Assembly (NCBI GenBank): GCA_964386905.1
Contig: CAYLUP010000001.1
Coordinates: 109,660-173,659, forward strand
Direction: 5' to 3'
DNA from: an uncultured Candidatus Saccharibacteria bacterium
GTDB lineage: Bacteria; Patescibacteriota; Minisyncoccia; Phycocordibacterales; UBA6899
Length of the DNA: 64,000 nucleotides
The first letter of the stretch is position 1; each line of letters opens with the position of its first letter. The position numbers and the translations under genes are program-made. Shown piece by piece: positions 29,841 to 40,157 of this stretch. The notes beneath the pieces are model-generated. The model did not search any database and was not told the DNA's origin. It worked only from the letters and a program-made list of their open reading frames with translations.

Positions 29841-31043
29841 ATGCCTTCACTTTGCTTTTACTTTCAAATTCATCAGCCATATCGTGTAAGAAAGATGCGT
29901 GTTTTTGATGTAGGTTCCCACGGAGGATATTTCGATGAAGAACACGATACGCTAAGGAATAACCGGAAGATTGCTGAGAAGGTGGCGATAAAGTCATATA
30001 TCCCAATGCTTCGTTTGTTAAAGCATCTCTTAGACGTTCATCCTGAATTTCGTTTTTCTTTTTCTATTTCTGGTGTTGCCCTCAAACAGTTTGAGGATTG
30101 GGTGCCAGAAGTTATAGCGCTCTTGCAAGATCTTGCGCGAACAGGGCGTGTGGAATTTTTGAGTGAAACATTTCACCACTCGTTGTCGTTTTTATACTCA
30201 AAGCGTGAATTTCAAAGACAAGTGGAGGCGCACAAGCACTATATTGAACGCTTGTTTGGTGTTACTCCAACATCATTTCGTAATACAGAATTAATCTATA
30301 ATAACGAACTCGCAAAACTTGTCGAAGACATGGGGTATGTCGCAATCCTTTCTGAGGGGTGGGATCCACTCCTCCAGGGAAGGTCTCCAAACTTCGTATA
30401 TCAAGCACCAAATGTGTCACGAATCGTTACCTTACTAAAGAACTACAAACTCTCAGATGATATTGCTTTTCGTTTCGGTTGCCAAGGATGGGAATCCTGG
30501 CCGTTAACATCTGAAAAGTTCGCGCATTGGGTACACCAGACAGCCGGTAATGGCGAGCTCGTCAATCTGTTTATGGATTTTGAGACCTTTGGTGAACACC
30601 AGTGGTCTGAGACTGGCATCTTTGATTTTATGAAGGCACTTCCGGGAGAAGTTCTTAAGCATCCAGATTTTGACTTTGTTACTGTTACAGAAGCAGCAAC
30701 GCGTTATCCTGTCCGAGGAATATATGATGCACATGCTCCAGTGACTTGGGCAGATACAGAAAGAGATCTTACCGCATGGATGGGTAACCCTATGCAGAGA
30801 GAGGCACTTAGAGCATGTTACGCGCTCGAAGATGCAGTGTACGAAACTGCAGCAACAGACATTATCGAAGACTGGAGAAAGCTCACAACATCTGATCATT
30901 TTTACTACATGTGTACAAAATACTTTGCTGACGGAGACGTCCACAAATACTTCAGTCCATTTGAATCACCATATGATGCGTTTGTGGCGTACTCAAACGC
31001 ACTTGCAGATATGCGTTCTCGGCTCCATTTGCACTCAAAATAA
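29841..31043 (+). CDS. Glycoside hydrolase family 57
   Basis: FQIHQP, RNTEL, MDFETFGEH, TSDHFYYM. Confidence 0.92.
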   Translation: MPSLCFYFQIHQPYRVRKMRVFDVGSHGGYFDEEHDTLRNNRKIAEKVAIKSYIPMLRLLKHLLDVHPEFRFSFSISGVALKQFEDWVPEVIALLQDLARTGRVEFLSETFHHSLSFLYSKREFQRQVEAHKHYIERLFGVTPTSFRNTELIYNNELAKLVEDMGYVAILSEGWDPLLQGRSPNFVYQAPNVSRIVTLLKNYKLSDDIAFRFGCQGWESWPLTSEKFAHWVHQTAGNGELVNLFMDFETFGEHQWSETGIFDFMKALPGEVLKHPDFDFVTVTEAATRYPVRGIYDAHAPVTWADTERDLTAWMGNPMQREALRACYALEDAVYETAATDIIEDWRKLTTSDHFYYMCTKYFADGDVHKYFSPFESPYDAFVAYSNALADMRSRLHLHSK

Positions 31044-31047
31044 TACT

Positions 31048-33021
31048 ATGCGTTCATTTTCATACGGAAACGGGTCAACACTTCTTATGGTAGACAATCT
31101 CGGAAGAATTCGAGATTGTTATTTTCCATATGTCGGTCTTGAGAATCACATTGGGTCAAATCAAATGCACCGTATTGGTGTGTGGATTGATGGAGTTTTT
31201 TCCTGGACCGATGATGGGACATGGGCGATAACATGTTCAAGCGACACGTCGTATGTGGGGCATGTTTCATTTGTATCAGAGTCTCTCGGGCTTATTCTGG
31301 AATGTGAAGATGTTCTTTATAATGGAAAAAATATTTTCATTCGTCGTATTCATGCTTTGAACACACGAAATGGAAAGCGAGTGTTGCGCATCTTTTTCTA
31401 TTCACAGTTTGAGATTGCAGCAACGGCAAAAGGGGATACTGTTTTTTATGATCCTTCTATTAATGCAATTATTCACTATGAAGGATCGCGCGCTTTCTTA
31501 CTTGCGGGTGATGTTGCTGGAAGAGGGATGAGTGATTGGACTGTCGGTTTGTCACAGATTGAGGGTAAAGAGGGAACATATAAAGATGCAGAGGATGGTG
31601 TCTTGTCTCAGAATCCGATTGAACATGGCCGTGTTGATTCAACATTTGCACTCGAAGGTGAATTGGACGACAATCTGCCGACTGTATTTTCTCAATGGCT
31701 GTGTATTGCTGAAAGTATTGAACAGGTACTTGATTTGCATGCAGACGTACTTTCTCGATCGCCTGAATATCTTGCTTCATCTGCACGAAGTTACTGGCAT
31801 GCATGGATTACTCGCAGTGATTGGAATTTTTATGCTCTCCCGGCTTCAGTTGTTGATCTCTTTTTGAAATCACAATTTATTCTACGTTCACACGCAGATA
31901 AAAATGGGGCAGTTATTGCCTCAGGTGATGCAGATATGCTTCAGGGTGGCCGAGATACGTACTGTTATATGTGGCCACGTGATGGAGCGTACATCGCAAG
32001 TGCATTTATATTATCTGATGATTATGCCCCAGCTCGACGATTTTTTGAATTTTGTTCTCATGTTCTGACACATGAAGGATATATGCAACACAAATATCGT
32101 CCAGATGGAGCACTGGGTTCTTCCTGGCACGGCTGGGTTGTCAATCATAAAAAAGAACTCCCTATTCAGGAAGATGAGACTGCGCTTGTGCTTTGGGCGC
32201 TAAAAGAGTACTGGTTGGCGACAAGAGATATGGAGTTTATTGAAAATATGTACGACTCGTTTATAAAAAGAGCGGGTTATTTTCTCGTGTCGCACAGAGA
32301 TGTCTATACCGGACTCCCAAAGCCATCTTATGATTTATGGGAAGAACGTTTTGGTGTTCATACGTATACAGCAGCTGCAACATATGCTGGCCTGGTTGCC
32401 GCCGCAGAGTTTTCCTCGTTGCTAGGAAAAGAGCGAAATGCGTCTGATTTTCTGCAGGTTGCCGAAGACATGCGATCTGCAATCCTTAATCACCTCTACG
32501 ATGCATCTTCTGGGAACTTTTATCGTTTGCTTTATGTGTCTCCAGACAACATATATCTTCCAGATCTAACGATTGATGCTTCAAGCGCATATGGGATATT
32601 TATGTTTGGTGTACTAGACAAAAATGATAGTAGGTTGGTTACGGCAATGAAACAATCAAAAAAGGCTTTGTCTGTAATGACTCCTGTTGGCGGAATCGCT
32701 CGGTATGTCGGTGATAAATATTACAACACAACAAACATTGCGGAGGGAAATCCTTGGATTATCACGAGTCTTTGGTGGTCCCAATATGACATTGCCCGTG
32801 CTCAAAATGATGATGATCTTGACCATGTTCGTCAGAGCCTCGAACGCATCGCTCGTTTTGGTGGAGCGACTGGTATCCTTCCTGAACAGCTGCACCCAAA
32901 TACTGCTGCGCCGCTTTCGGCCTCTCCGCTTGCATGGAGTCATGCAGAATACGTTCGCACTGTAGTTTTGTACCTAGAAAAGTGTAAAACGCTCGGCATT
33001 ATCCCTCACATTCATCAATGA
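31048..33021 (+). CDS. Glycoside hydrolase family 15 (glucoamylase-like)
   Basis: Y.YMWPRDG, QEDET, YDLWEE, LPEQ, PLAWSHA. Confidence 0.9.
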   Translation: MRSFSYGNGSTLLMVDNLGRIRDCYFPYVGLENHIGSNQMHRIGVWIDGVFSWTDDGTWAITCSSDTSYVGHVSFVSESLGLILECEDVLYNGKNIFIRRIHALNTRNGKRVLRIFFYSQFEIAATAKGDTVFYDPSINAIIHYEGSRAFLLAGDVAGRGMSDWTVGLSQIEGKEGTYKDAEDGVLSQNPIEHGRVDSTFALEGELDDNLPTVFSQWLCIAESIEQVLDLHADVLSRSPEYLASSARSYWHAWITRSDWNFYALPASVVDLFLKSQFILRSHADKNGAVIASGDADMLQGGRDTYCYMWPRDGAYIASAFILSDDYAPARRFFEFCSHVLTHEGYMQHKYRPDGALGSSWHGWVVNHKKELPIQEDETALVLWALKEYWLATRDMEFIENMYDSFIKRAGYFLVSHRDVYTGLPKPSYDLWEERFGVHTYTAAATYAGLVAAAEFSSLLGKERNASDFLQVAEDMRSAILNHLYDASSGNFYRLLYVSPDNIYLPDLTIDASSAYGIFMFGVLDKNDSRLVTAMKQSKKALSVMTPVGGIARYVGDKYYNTTNIAEGNPWIITSLWWSQYDIARAQNDDDLDHVRQSLERIARFGGATGILPEQLHPNTAAPLSASPLAWSHAEYVRTVVLYLEKCKTLGIIPHIHQ

Positions 33022-33022
33022 T

Positions 33023-34297
33023 ATGATTATGAAGTATTCTTCCAGGCACGTTAAAAAGCGCGTACTACCACTTGTCACAACATCGCGTATGCAGCGTATT
33101 CATGCACTCCAAAAAAGCTCTATCCATGAATACCAAGAGTATCTTGATGTTTTGAAAGCGCCTTTCGACCCACAGTTCATTGTTCACTCAGAACTGATGG
33201 TAAAAAAGTTGTACAGCAATAACTTGAAATGCATTTTTGTCGTTGGTATTGGCGGATCAAGTTTGGGTACAAAGGCGATTGTTTCTGCGCTACCAAGAAG
33301 AAGTGGTCAGCCTGAAATCATTTTTCTTGAGTCTCTGGAATCTGCTGTGTTTGAACGATGTGAGTATACAATATCCCAACTGAACAATAACGATGAATTC
33401 GTTGTTTGTCTTATTTCAAAAGCAGGTGGAACTACAGAATCAATAGCAAACTTTTCTGTATTATTACGTCTTCTTGAACACATACCAGGGTATGCTGAAC
33501 GTGTCGTTGCTATTACGATTCCCAAGAGCCCTCTTGCAGACGTTGCAAAACAGCAAGGCTATCAATGTCTCTATATCCCCGAGCGTGTTTCTGGCCGTTT
33601 TTCGGTATTTACCCATGTTGGCATATTCCCACTCCTTCTTGCGGGATACCCTGTAGTAAGTGTTTTGGAGGGCGCTCGACATGCTGCAGCGTCTCTTGGT
33701 ACACCTTACGATCCCACAAGGAGACTCACAGAAGATATTCTTTCGTCCGTACATGAAGGTTTAATTGGGATTGATTTCTTTTTCTTTAATTCTGAGTTAG
33801 AAGATCTTGGGAAATGGTCTAGGCAACTTTATGCGGAAAGTCTTGGAAAAGAACACGATAACGATGGGAGGGAGGTCCATGCGGGAGTATTTCCAACAGT
33901 TACAATAGGGAGTGTGGATCTGCACTCTATGGTTCAATTGTACTTTGGTGGGCCAAAACGCCATACAACCATTTTTATTCCACCACTTACGGGAAAATCA
34001 TTTGTGATTCCAGCGCACCCAGCCACCACTATTGTTCCAGGCGTTGCAGGTCGCACACATCATGAAATTAATAGGGCAATTTATGAAGGCGTGAAAGAGG
34101 CCTACGCGCAACACGCACTTCCGTATGTGGAAATGGAATTTGCTGCATTGAATGCTGAAATGCTCGGGTTTTATTTGCAGCTCCACATGCAAACTGTTGC
34201 TCTTTTGGCTTCTGCATTTCATATTGAAGGGTTTACTCAGCCAAATGTGGAAGATTATAAAATAATTACAAAACGCATACTCTCAAAAGGCCTATGA
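33023..34297 (+). CDS. pgi: Glucose-6-phosphate isomerase
   Basis: GIGGSSLG, SKAGGTTE, GRFSV, QLYAESLGK, DLHS, QPNVEDYK. Confidence 0.88.
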   Translation: MIMKYSSRHVKKRVLPLVTTSRMQRIHALQKSSIHEYQEYLDVLKAPFDPQFIVHSELMVKKLYSNNLKCIFVVGIGGSSLGTKAIVSALPRRSGQPEIIFLESLESAVFERCEYTISQLNNNDEFVVCLISKAGGTTESIANFSVLLRLLEHIPGYAERVVAITIPKSPLADVAKQQGYQCLYIPERVSGRFSVFTHVGIFPLLLAGYPVVSVLEGARHAAASLGTPYDPTRRLTEDILSSVHEGLIGIDFFFFNSELEDLGKWSRQLYAESLGKEHDNDGREVHAGVFPTVTIGSVDLHSMVQLYFGGPKRHTTIFIPPLTGKSFVIPAHPATTIVPGVAGRTHHEINRAIYEGVKEAYAQHALPYVEMEFAALNAEMLGFYLQLHMQTVALLASAFHIEGFTQPNVEDYKIITKRILSKGL

Positions 34298-35139
34298 CAT
34301 TCGCACTATATGATATTGGAGGGACAAAGACACGTATCGCCATTAGTCGTGATGGAATCAATTTTGAAGAACCTCAAATTATTAATACCCCGAAAGACTA
34401 TCGTGAAGGCATCGACAAGATTGCCCATATTACAAAAGAGCTCGCACAAGGTGAAATTACGGCGGCCGGAGGCGGAATAGCAGGAGTTCTTTCAAAAGAC
34501 AGATCTCTTTTTCTTGAAGGTCCACACTTACTCGGTTGGGGTGGTCGAGCAATTCCAAAGCTATTGTCTGATGCACTTGAGTGCCCTGTGTATCTGGAAA
34601 ATGATACTGCAATTGTGGGTCTCGGAGAGGCCCATAACGGGGCAGGGCGCGGAGGTGAAATTGTTGCATATATGACTGTTTCGACTGGTGTTGGTGGTGT
34701 TCGAATTGTTCATGGGAAAATTGATGTTGCTACTTTTGGTTTTGAACCGGGACATCAGATCTTCGACGCAGGAGGTGCACTTCATAAGGGTGTTGCTGGG
34801 TATGGCATTGATCTCGAGGGTTATATTTCAGGAAGCGCGGTTGAAATGCGTTACGGAAAGAAACCTTTTGAGATTACAGATCATGCGTTTTGGGATGAGA
34901 TGGCCCGTCTTCTTGCATATGGATTGAATAACACGATCGTTCACTGGTCTCCAGATGTTGTTGTTATCGGAGGTTCGATGATGAAACAGATTGGTATTCC
35001 AATAAATAGAGTTCGTGAGCATCTTGCGGGTATTTTGCATATCTATCCACAGCTTCCACGTATTGTTAAGGCTGAACTCGGAGATATTGGAGGAATTCAT
35101 GGTGCGTTGCAACATGTAAAAAACTCTCTCAAAAAATAA
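34294..35139 (+). CDS. ROK family sugar kinase
   Basis: DIGGTK, LENDT, STGVGG, EPGH. Confidence 0.9.
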   Translation: MTFALYDIGGTKTRIAISRDGINFEEPQIINTPKDYREGIDKIAHITKELAQGEITAAGGGIAGVLSKDRSLFLEGPHLLGWGGRAIPKLLSDALECPVYLENDTAIVGLGEAHNGAGRGGEIVAYMTVSTGVGGVRIVHGKIDVATFGFEPGHQIFDAGGALHKGVAGYGIDLEGYISGSAVEMRYGKKPFEITDHAFWDEMARLLAYGLNNTIVHWSPDVVVIGGSMMKQIGIPINRVREHLAGILHIYPQLPRIVKAELGDIGGIHGALQHVKNSLKK

Positions 35140-35195
35140 AAAGGACGTTTCGTCCTTTTTGTTTTCATTTTTCAAATATTCGTTATACTTCAAGC

Positions 35196-36413
35196 ATGCT
35201 TCGATTTGAAATAACAAAACGGTTTGGAAAACTTGGAAGAACGGGGATTATCCATACCCCTCATGGAAAAATTCAGACTCCTGCATTTATAACCGTTGGG
35301 ACAAAAGCGACTGTCAAGGCTCTGACTCCTGAAATGGTAAAAAGCCTTGGAGCACAAGCAACACTCGAAAATACATATCACTTATATTTGCAACCAGGAG
35401 ACGATGTTGTGTGTGATGCGGGAGGAGTTGCAAAATTTATGCATTGGGACGGTCCGACCTTTACAGACTCAGGAGGATTTCAAGTCTTCTCTTTAGGTGC
35501 CGCATTTGGAAAAGGTGTTTCGAAGGTTGCCTCTGGTGAGAATTCAGATATGAGTGAAGATGGGAGGTCTCGTCCGCAGACCACGCATGCTGCGCTTGCA
35601 CACATTGATGAAGAGGGTGTTTCGTTTAAATCTCATATTGACGGGAGTGCACATCGCTTCACTCCTGAAAAATCCATGGAAATCCAGCATAATCTTGGTG
35701 CAGATATTACGTTTGCATTTGACGAGTGCACATCCCCACACGATCCAGAAGACTATCAAGTAGAGGCGTTAGATCGAACACACCGTTGGGCAAAACGCTC
35801 GCTTGCGCGGCACGAGCAACTTGGTGTGTCTTCTGCAACAGGGAAACAGCAGGCATTGTATGGTGTTGTTCAGGGGGGAAAGTATAAAAACCTGCGTGAA
35901 TATTCTGCAAAGACTCTTGGGGAAATGGATTTCGATGGATATGGTATAGGCGGATCGTTCAATAAGGAGGATATTGGGACTGCAGTTGCATGGGTGAATG
36001 CAGTTCTTCCTGAGGATAAGCCGCGTCACCTTCTTGGGATTGGTGAACCAATTGACCTTTTTCTTGGATGTGAAAATGGTGTTGATACATTTGACTGCGT
36101 CGCTCCGACTCGTTTAGGGAGGAATGGGGGAGCATATACAAGAGAAGGAAGAATCAATTTACGTAACGCACAATACGTAAAAGATCTTGCACCGATTGAT
36201 GAGAAGTGCCCTTGTTATACCTGTACGCATTATACAAAAGCGTACGTTGCACACCTCTTTCGTGCAGAAGAAATGCTCGCCGCAACGTTACTTTCTATCC
36301 ATAATTTGTATTTTATTACACGTCTCGTTGATGAAATTCGAGTACACATGGAGACGGGGGCAGGATATGATGAATTTAAAAGGAATTTCCTTCAAGGATA
36401 CTATAAAACATAG
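35196..36413 (+). CDS. tgt: tRNA-guanine transglycosylase
   Basis: NTYHL, TDSGGFQVFSL, FDEC, GVVQGG, DCVAPTR, CPCYTC, HN. Confidence 0.96.
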   Translation: MLRFEITKRFGKLGRTGIIHTPHGKIQTPAFITVGTKATVKALTPEMVKSLGAQATLENTYHLYLQPGDDVVCDAGGVAKFMHWDGPTFTDSGGFQVFSLGAAFGKGVSKVASGENSDMSEDGRSRPQTTHAALAHIDEEGVSFKSHIDGSAHRFTPEKSMEIQHNLGADITFAFDECTSPHDPEDYQVEALDRTHRWAKRSLARHEQLGVSSATGKQQALYGVVQGGKYKNLREYSAKTLGEMDFDGYGIGGSFNKEDIGTAVAWVNAVLPEDKPRHLLGIGEPIDLFLGCENGVDTFDCVAPTRLGRNGGAYTREGRINLRNAQYVKDLAPIDEKCPCYTCTHYTKAYVAHLFRAEEMLAATLLSIHNLYFITRLVDEIRVHMETGAGYDEFKRNFLQGYYKT

Positions 36414-36473
36414 ATATACCCAGGAATATTTTCTTTCGCTATTACTCTAGAATAATTACGGTACAATAGGAAT

Positions 36474-36845
36474 ATGAAAAAGCTGGTTATTGCATGTGTG
36501 CTGTTACTCCCAATATCTCTTTTTGCACAATCCGTAGATTATGACTGTGAAGGAAAGGGTGTTATTTGTAATCCCCTAATTCACCAGACTGTTAATGGAG
36601 AACAAGTAGAAACGCTTCCACAGTTGTTAAACTTCCTTCTCGACTTGCTCGTTCGTGTGTCTATACCAATTATTACTGTCGCTATTATTTGGACTGGTTT
36701 TGTCTATGCTACCTCTAAGGGTGATCCTACAAAGCTAAAAAAAGCTCATGCAATGGCATTATATATTGTTCTTGGCGCAGGACTTGTTTTTCTGTCAAAG
36801 GGTCTGCAGCTCGCCATTCAATCAACAATAGATACATTGAAATAG
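36474..36845 (+). CDS. VirB2/TrbC-like pilin
   Basis: Signal peptide, ICNPL, TM-(GDPTKLKKA)-TM. Confidence 0.75.
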   Translation: MKKLVIACVLLLPISLFAQSVDYDCEGKGVICNPLIHQTVNGEQVETLPQLLNFLLDLLVRVSIPIITVAIIWTGFVYATSKGDPTKLKKAHAMALYIVLGAGLVFLSKGLQLAIQSTIDTLK

Positions 36846-36846
36846 T

Positions 36847-37185
36847 ATGAATAAATTTTCTCTCGTTATCGTGTTCATTTCATTTCCAGCACTTGCCGTT
36901 GCTGCGAATTTTCGAGATGCTGCTGAGTTCGCACTTGGGGTTGTTTCGACACTAATGCAAACGTTATTTGCTTTTATTTCCTTGGGGATTATATATACAG
37001 TATATAGGTATATTTCGGCTGTTAGGAAAGGAGATAAAGACGCCGTACGGTTTCGCTCAATGCTCATATGGGCTATTGTCGGGCTTGCAGTTGCCTTTGC
37101 GTTGTGGGGGATTATCACGCTTCTGGCAAATACTCTTGGATGGTCGAATGTTGGAATCCCACAGTTAAAAGCACCTACACTTTAG
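36847..37185 (+). CDS. VirB2/TrbC-like pilin
   Basis: Signal peptide, TM-loop-LIWAIVGLAVAFALWGII. Confidence 0.75.
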   Translation: MNKFSLVIVFISFPALAVAANFRDAAEFALGVVSTLMQTLFAFISLGIIYTVYRYISAVRKGDKDAVRFRSMLIWAIVGLAVAFALWGIITLLANTLGWSNVGIPQLKAPTL

Positions 37186-37188
37186 CCT

Positions 37189-37542
37189 ATGACAAAACGT
37201 ATTTTCTATTTGTTTAGTCTCTCAATTTTCATTTTTCCAGTTATTGTTTTTGCCGCACCTGGAGATAATGTACAGTCGCTTTGGTCATATGCAATGACGA
37301 TTATTCAACGCCTCACACAGTTGTTTTGGGTGCTCTCTGTGATGACTTTTTTGTGGGGCTTGATTGATTATCTTCGAAAACAAGATTCTCCTGCCGAGCA
37401 GGCGAAAGCAAAGCAATTGATGATTCACGCAGTTATTGCTTTTACGATTGCAGTGTCATTTTGGGCATTCGTATCATATGTTATTCGATCTGCAAATCTT
37501 GATGCTGGGCAACAATCAATTCCTAAGGTATATGCAAAATAA
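37189..37542 (+). CDS. VirB2/TrbC-like pilin
   Basis: P.IVFA signal, FLWGLIDY...KAKQLMI..VIAF...SFW. Confidence 0.75.
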   Translation: MTKRIFYLFSLSIFIFPVIVFAAPGDNVQSLWSYAMTIIQRLTQLFWVLSVMTFLWGLIDYLRKQDSPAEQAKAKQLMIHAVIAFTIAVSFWAFVSYVIRSANLDAGQQSIPKVYAK

Positions 37543-37566
37543 AAAACTCCTTACGGAGTTTTTTTA

Positions 37567-37938
37567 TTATCTGTCGATAACATCAGGGATAACATTGCTG
37601 ATGTTGTCTGGTGTACCAGCCACTTCAAGAGTTTGGTTGTCGAGGCCAACTGTTTTTGAAACATAACCAAGAATGCTCCAAATTCCTACCATAAGGAAGA
37701 GGGCAACGCCTGAGTTCACCATGATCTGTTTTCCTTGCTTTTTAAGTTCTGCATTTTCTGCATTCTGGATGAACTTGATAAGACCCCAGAAAAAGAATGC
37801 GACTGCAAGTGGAACTGCAATACCAAGGAAAAAATTGAGTACACGTTTAATTGTGTCGAGCGTGTCGTCGAGTGGTGTCTGCGCCGATGCAATAAATGGC
37901 ATTGCAAGCACTGCTGCAAAAATATATCGTTTATACAT
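37567..37938 (-). CDS. VirB2/TrbC-like pilin (opposite strand)
   Basis: PFIASAQ signal, FFFWGLIKFI...KQGKQIM..GVALFLMVGIW; shared terminator 37538-37568. Confidence 0.8.
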   Translation of the reverse strand: MYKRYIFAAVLAMPFIASAQTPLDDTLDTIKRVLNFFLGIAVPLAVAFFFWGLIKFIQNAENAELKKQGKQIMVNSGVALFLMVGIWSILGYVSKTVGLDNQTLEVAGTPDNISNVIPDVIDR

Positions 37939-38056
37939 AAGTAATGTAATACTAATAATCAATTGATTACTCTTATAGTATACGGTGTTGATAGCGCATT
38001 GGAAAGGATGTTGTCCACAGTGCGATGATATAAAATGGTTGTGATATACTATAAAC

Positions 38057-38401
38057 ATGAAAAAAAGTGCGATTCCGCTGGCGTTTTCCATGATTGCCGT
38101 ATTGCCTCAGATTGTTTTAGCGGTCGAAATTACTCATTCAGTCAGTAGCTTTATGGGGAAGGTGTACGAAAATATCGTTAACCCAGCGATAACTGTTTTA
38201 TTCGCAATTGCAATTTTATACCTCTCCTGGTCGGTTTTTCAATATACATTTCAAGGAGATAAGGTAGACAAAGACAAACTCAAGGCCTCACTCATCTATG
38301 GTGTCCTTGGTGTGTTTATTATGTCAACGGTGTTTGCAATTGTGAAATTTATTGCGACTTCAGTTGGTGGTGATGCAAACAGTGTAATGAACAGCATTTA
38401 A
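38057..38401 (+). CDS. VirB2/TrbC-like pilin
   Basis: PQIVLA signal, IVNP...LF.IA..Y..W, LIYGVLGVFIM. Confidence 0.78.
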   Translation: MKKSAIPLAFSMIAVLPQIVLAVEITHSVSSFMGKVYENIVNPAITVLFAIAILYLSWSVFQYTFQGDKVDKDKLKASLIYGVLGVFIMSTVFAIVKFIATSVGGDANSVMNSI

Positions 38402-38414
38402 ATATGATAATCGT

Positions 38415-38783
38415 ATGATGAAATATATCTTTACTGTAACGGCATATTCCTTGGTTCTGTGTTTTCCAGTATTTACATTCGCAGCAGGCCAAAATCTTGA
38501 TTCAACATTTTCCTACATCTTTAACATTCTCGAGAAGATCTCTCAAATGCTCATTCCAGCTGGTTTTCTCTTCTTCCTTTTCCGAATGATGCGATTTATG
38601 AAGGATTCTCATTCTGGATCAACCGATCTCGCCAAGAGCAAGAGCATGCTGATTTGGTCAGCGATAGCATTATTTTTTATGGTAGGGATCTGGTCAGTTG
38701 TTGCATATGTTCAAGGAACAGTATTTGGTGGAAACATGCAAAGTGATATTACCAATCGTCCAGCACTTCCGACTTCTCTTTAA
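38415..38783 (+). CDS. VirB2/TrbC-like pilin
   Basis: PVFTFAA signal, KSMLIWSAIALFFMVGIW. Confidence 0.78.
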   Translation: MMKYIFTVTAYSLVLCFPVFTFAAGQNLDSTFSYIFNILEKISQMLIPAGFLFFLFRMMRFMKDSHSGSTDLAKSKSMLIWSAIALFFMVGIWSVVAYVQGTVFGGNMQSDITNRPALPTSL

Positions 38784-38822
38784 TCCAATACAAAAAGCCC
38801 CGCAATATGCGGGGCTATATGA

Positions 38823-39935
38823 TTATCGTGCTATAAGGACAATTCCGATGCGATTGTTCCCCGAATAGAGGTCAATCTGCATCTGGCCATCCGTGCGACC
38901 GAGGAACTGTCCGGAGACATTTCCTTGTCTCCACGTTCCGGAGCAGGAGCTCCCACGCACAATCCCTTCAAGGATTACGTGTTCGGCGCCTTGTGGGGCA
39001 ATGACCGTGAGCAGAATTCTTGATGAAGTAATTTGCCCTGTTGTATGAGTTTCGACTTCTCCCATTCCAAGGAAGGAGAGTGGTTCTTGAACTCCAACAA
39101 CCTCGGTTTTGAGATAATCGTCTCCATGAGTTGGTGCGAGAGAGGGCTCTACCTGGGGCTGGGGCTGCGACTGAATCTCGGATTTTTCAATCCGAAATCG
39201 TTCAGCAGCACCATCTTCACTCACGACAGCAATGGGCCCATCGCTATCAAGGTATTCCCCCTCAATGGGGCGAGCGGCAGTGATGCTTCCATGCAGAGAG
39301 CTGCGCGCTGCAAGGTTTTGTGCGCGCTCTTTTTCAAGACGCTCGCGTCGCACCGTATCAATCTTCTTCAGGAAGTTTAGCTTCTGATCCCAAAGAATCA
39401 TGATATGGGTGCCAAGACTGATGCGCTTGTCTCCAATCTTTGCATGCCAGAAACCAATGAGAATAATGGCAGCAATGACGATTCCAAGAATCGGCTTAGA
39501 CTTCTCCCAAACCGCTTTCATCAGTTTTGTTGTTTCTGTTTCTGCCTGTTGTGCTGTCATCCAGCTCATCCCCGCGCTTGCAATAAGAAGCAGGAGAAGT
39601 GCTGCAATTCCACTCAGGACAGGTGCTCTATCAAAGGGTAGGGTGATGAGTGCTATCCACCCAATCGTGTGATAAGCGACTGGACGTGCGGCTGCTCTCT
39701 TTTTGTCAGGGTCACTTCCAAAAAGACTAGAGGTAGCAGCGACGATAATAATCAGAAGGGTTGAGAGTAGGGTAAGAAGAAAGAGCGTACCCATGTCTTC
39801 ATATCCAGTTGCAAATTTCAGCCCGACTGCCGAAATGAGCAAAATGACATAAAGAATGAGCAAGGCAATTCCCCAGCCAGACTTCAGGTACTTGAGATCA
39901 AACCCTGTTGTGGTGCTCGGCGTCTCATCGGCCAT
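38823..39935 (-). CDS. Hypothetical multi-TM membrane protein (GC-rich orphan)
   Basis: 370-aa ORF, SD aggag, about five TMs then a soluble tail; terminator 38796-38816. Confidence 0.75.
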   Translation of the reverse strand: MADETPSTTTGFDLKYLKSGWGIALLILYVILLISAVGLKFATGYEDMGTLFLLTLLSTLLIIIVAATSSLFGSDPDKKRAAARPVAYHTIGWIALITLPFDRAPVLSGIAALLLLLIASAGMSWMTAQQAETETTKLMKAVWEKSKPILGIVIAAIILIGFWHAKIGDKRISLGTHIMILWDQKLNFLKKIDTVRRERLEKERAQNLAARSSLHGSITAARPIEGEYLDSDGPIAVVSEDGAAERFRIEKSEIQSQPQPQVEPSLAPTHGDDYLKTEVVGVQEPLSFLGMGEVETHTTGQITSSRILLTVIAPQGAEHVILEGIVRGSSCSGTWRQGNVSGQFLGRTDGQMQIDLYSGNNRIGIVLIAR

Positions 39936-40076
39936 GGTAGCTCCTATAATTGTGAAGGAAAGGACGGTTTTTGGGCTACTATCGTTCTACCATACAATTT
40001 CCATTATGGCAAGTATAATCCTAATATATACAAAATGGCTTAAATAGGCTATGATTTGACGGCAGAAAACAGATTT

Positions 40077-40157
40077 GCCCGGGTGGTGAAATGGTAGACA
40101 CGCCTGCCTTAGGAGCAGGTCTCGCAAGAGGTGGAGGTTCAAGTCCTCTCCCGGGCA
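40077..40157 (+). tRNA. tRNA-Leu(TAG)
   Basis: gcccggg/cccgggc acceptor, cctgc-ctTAGga-gcagg, variable arm, ttcaagt T loop. Confidence 0.95.
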
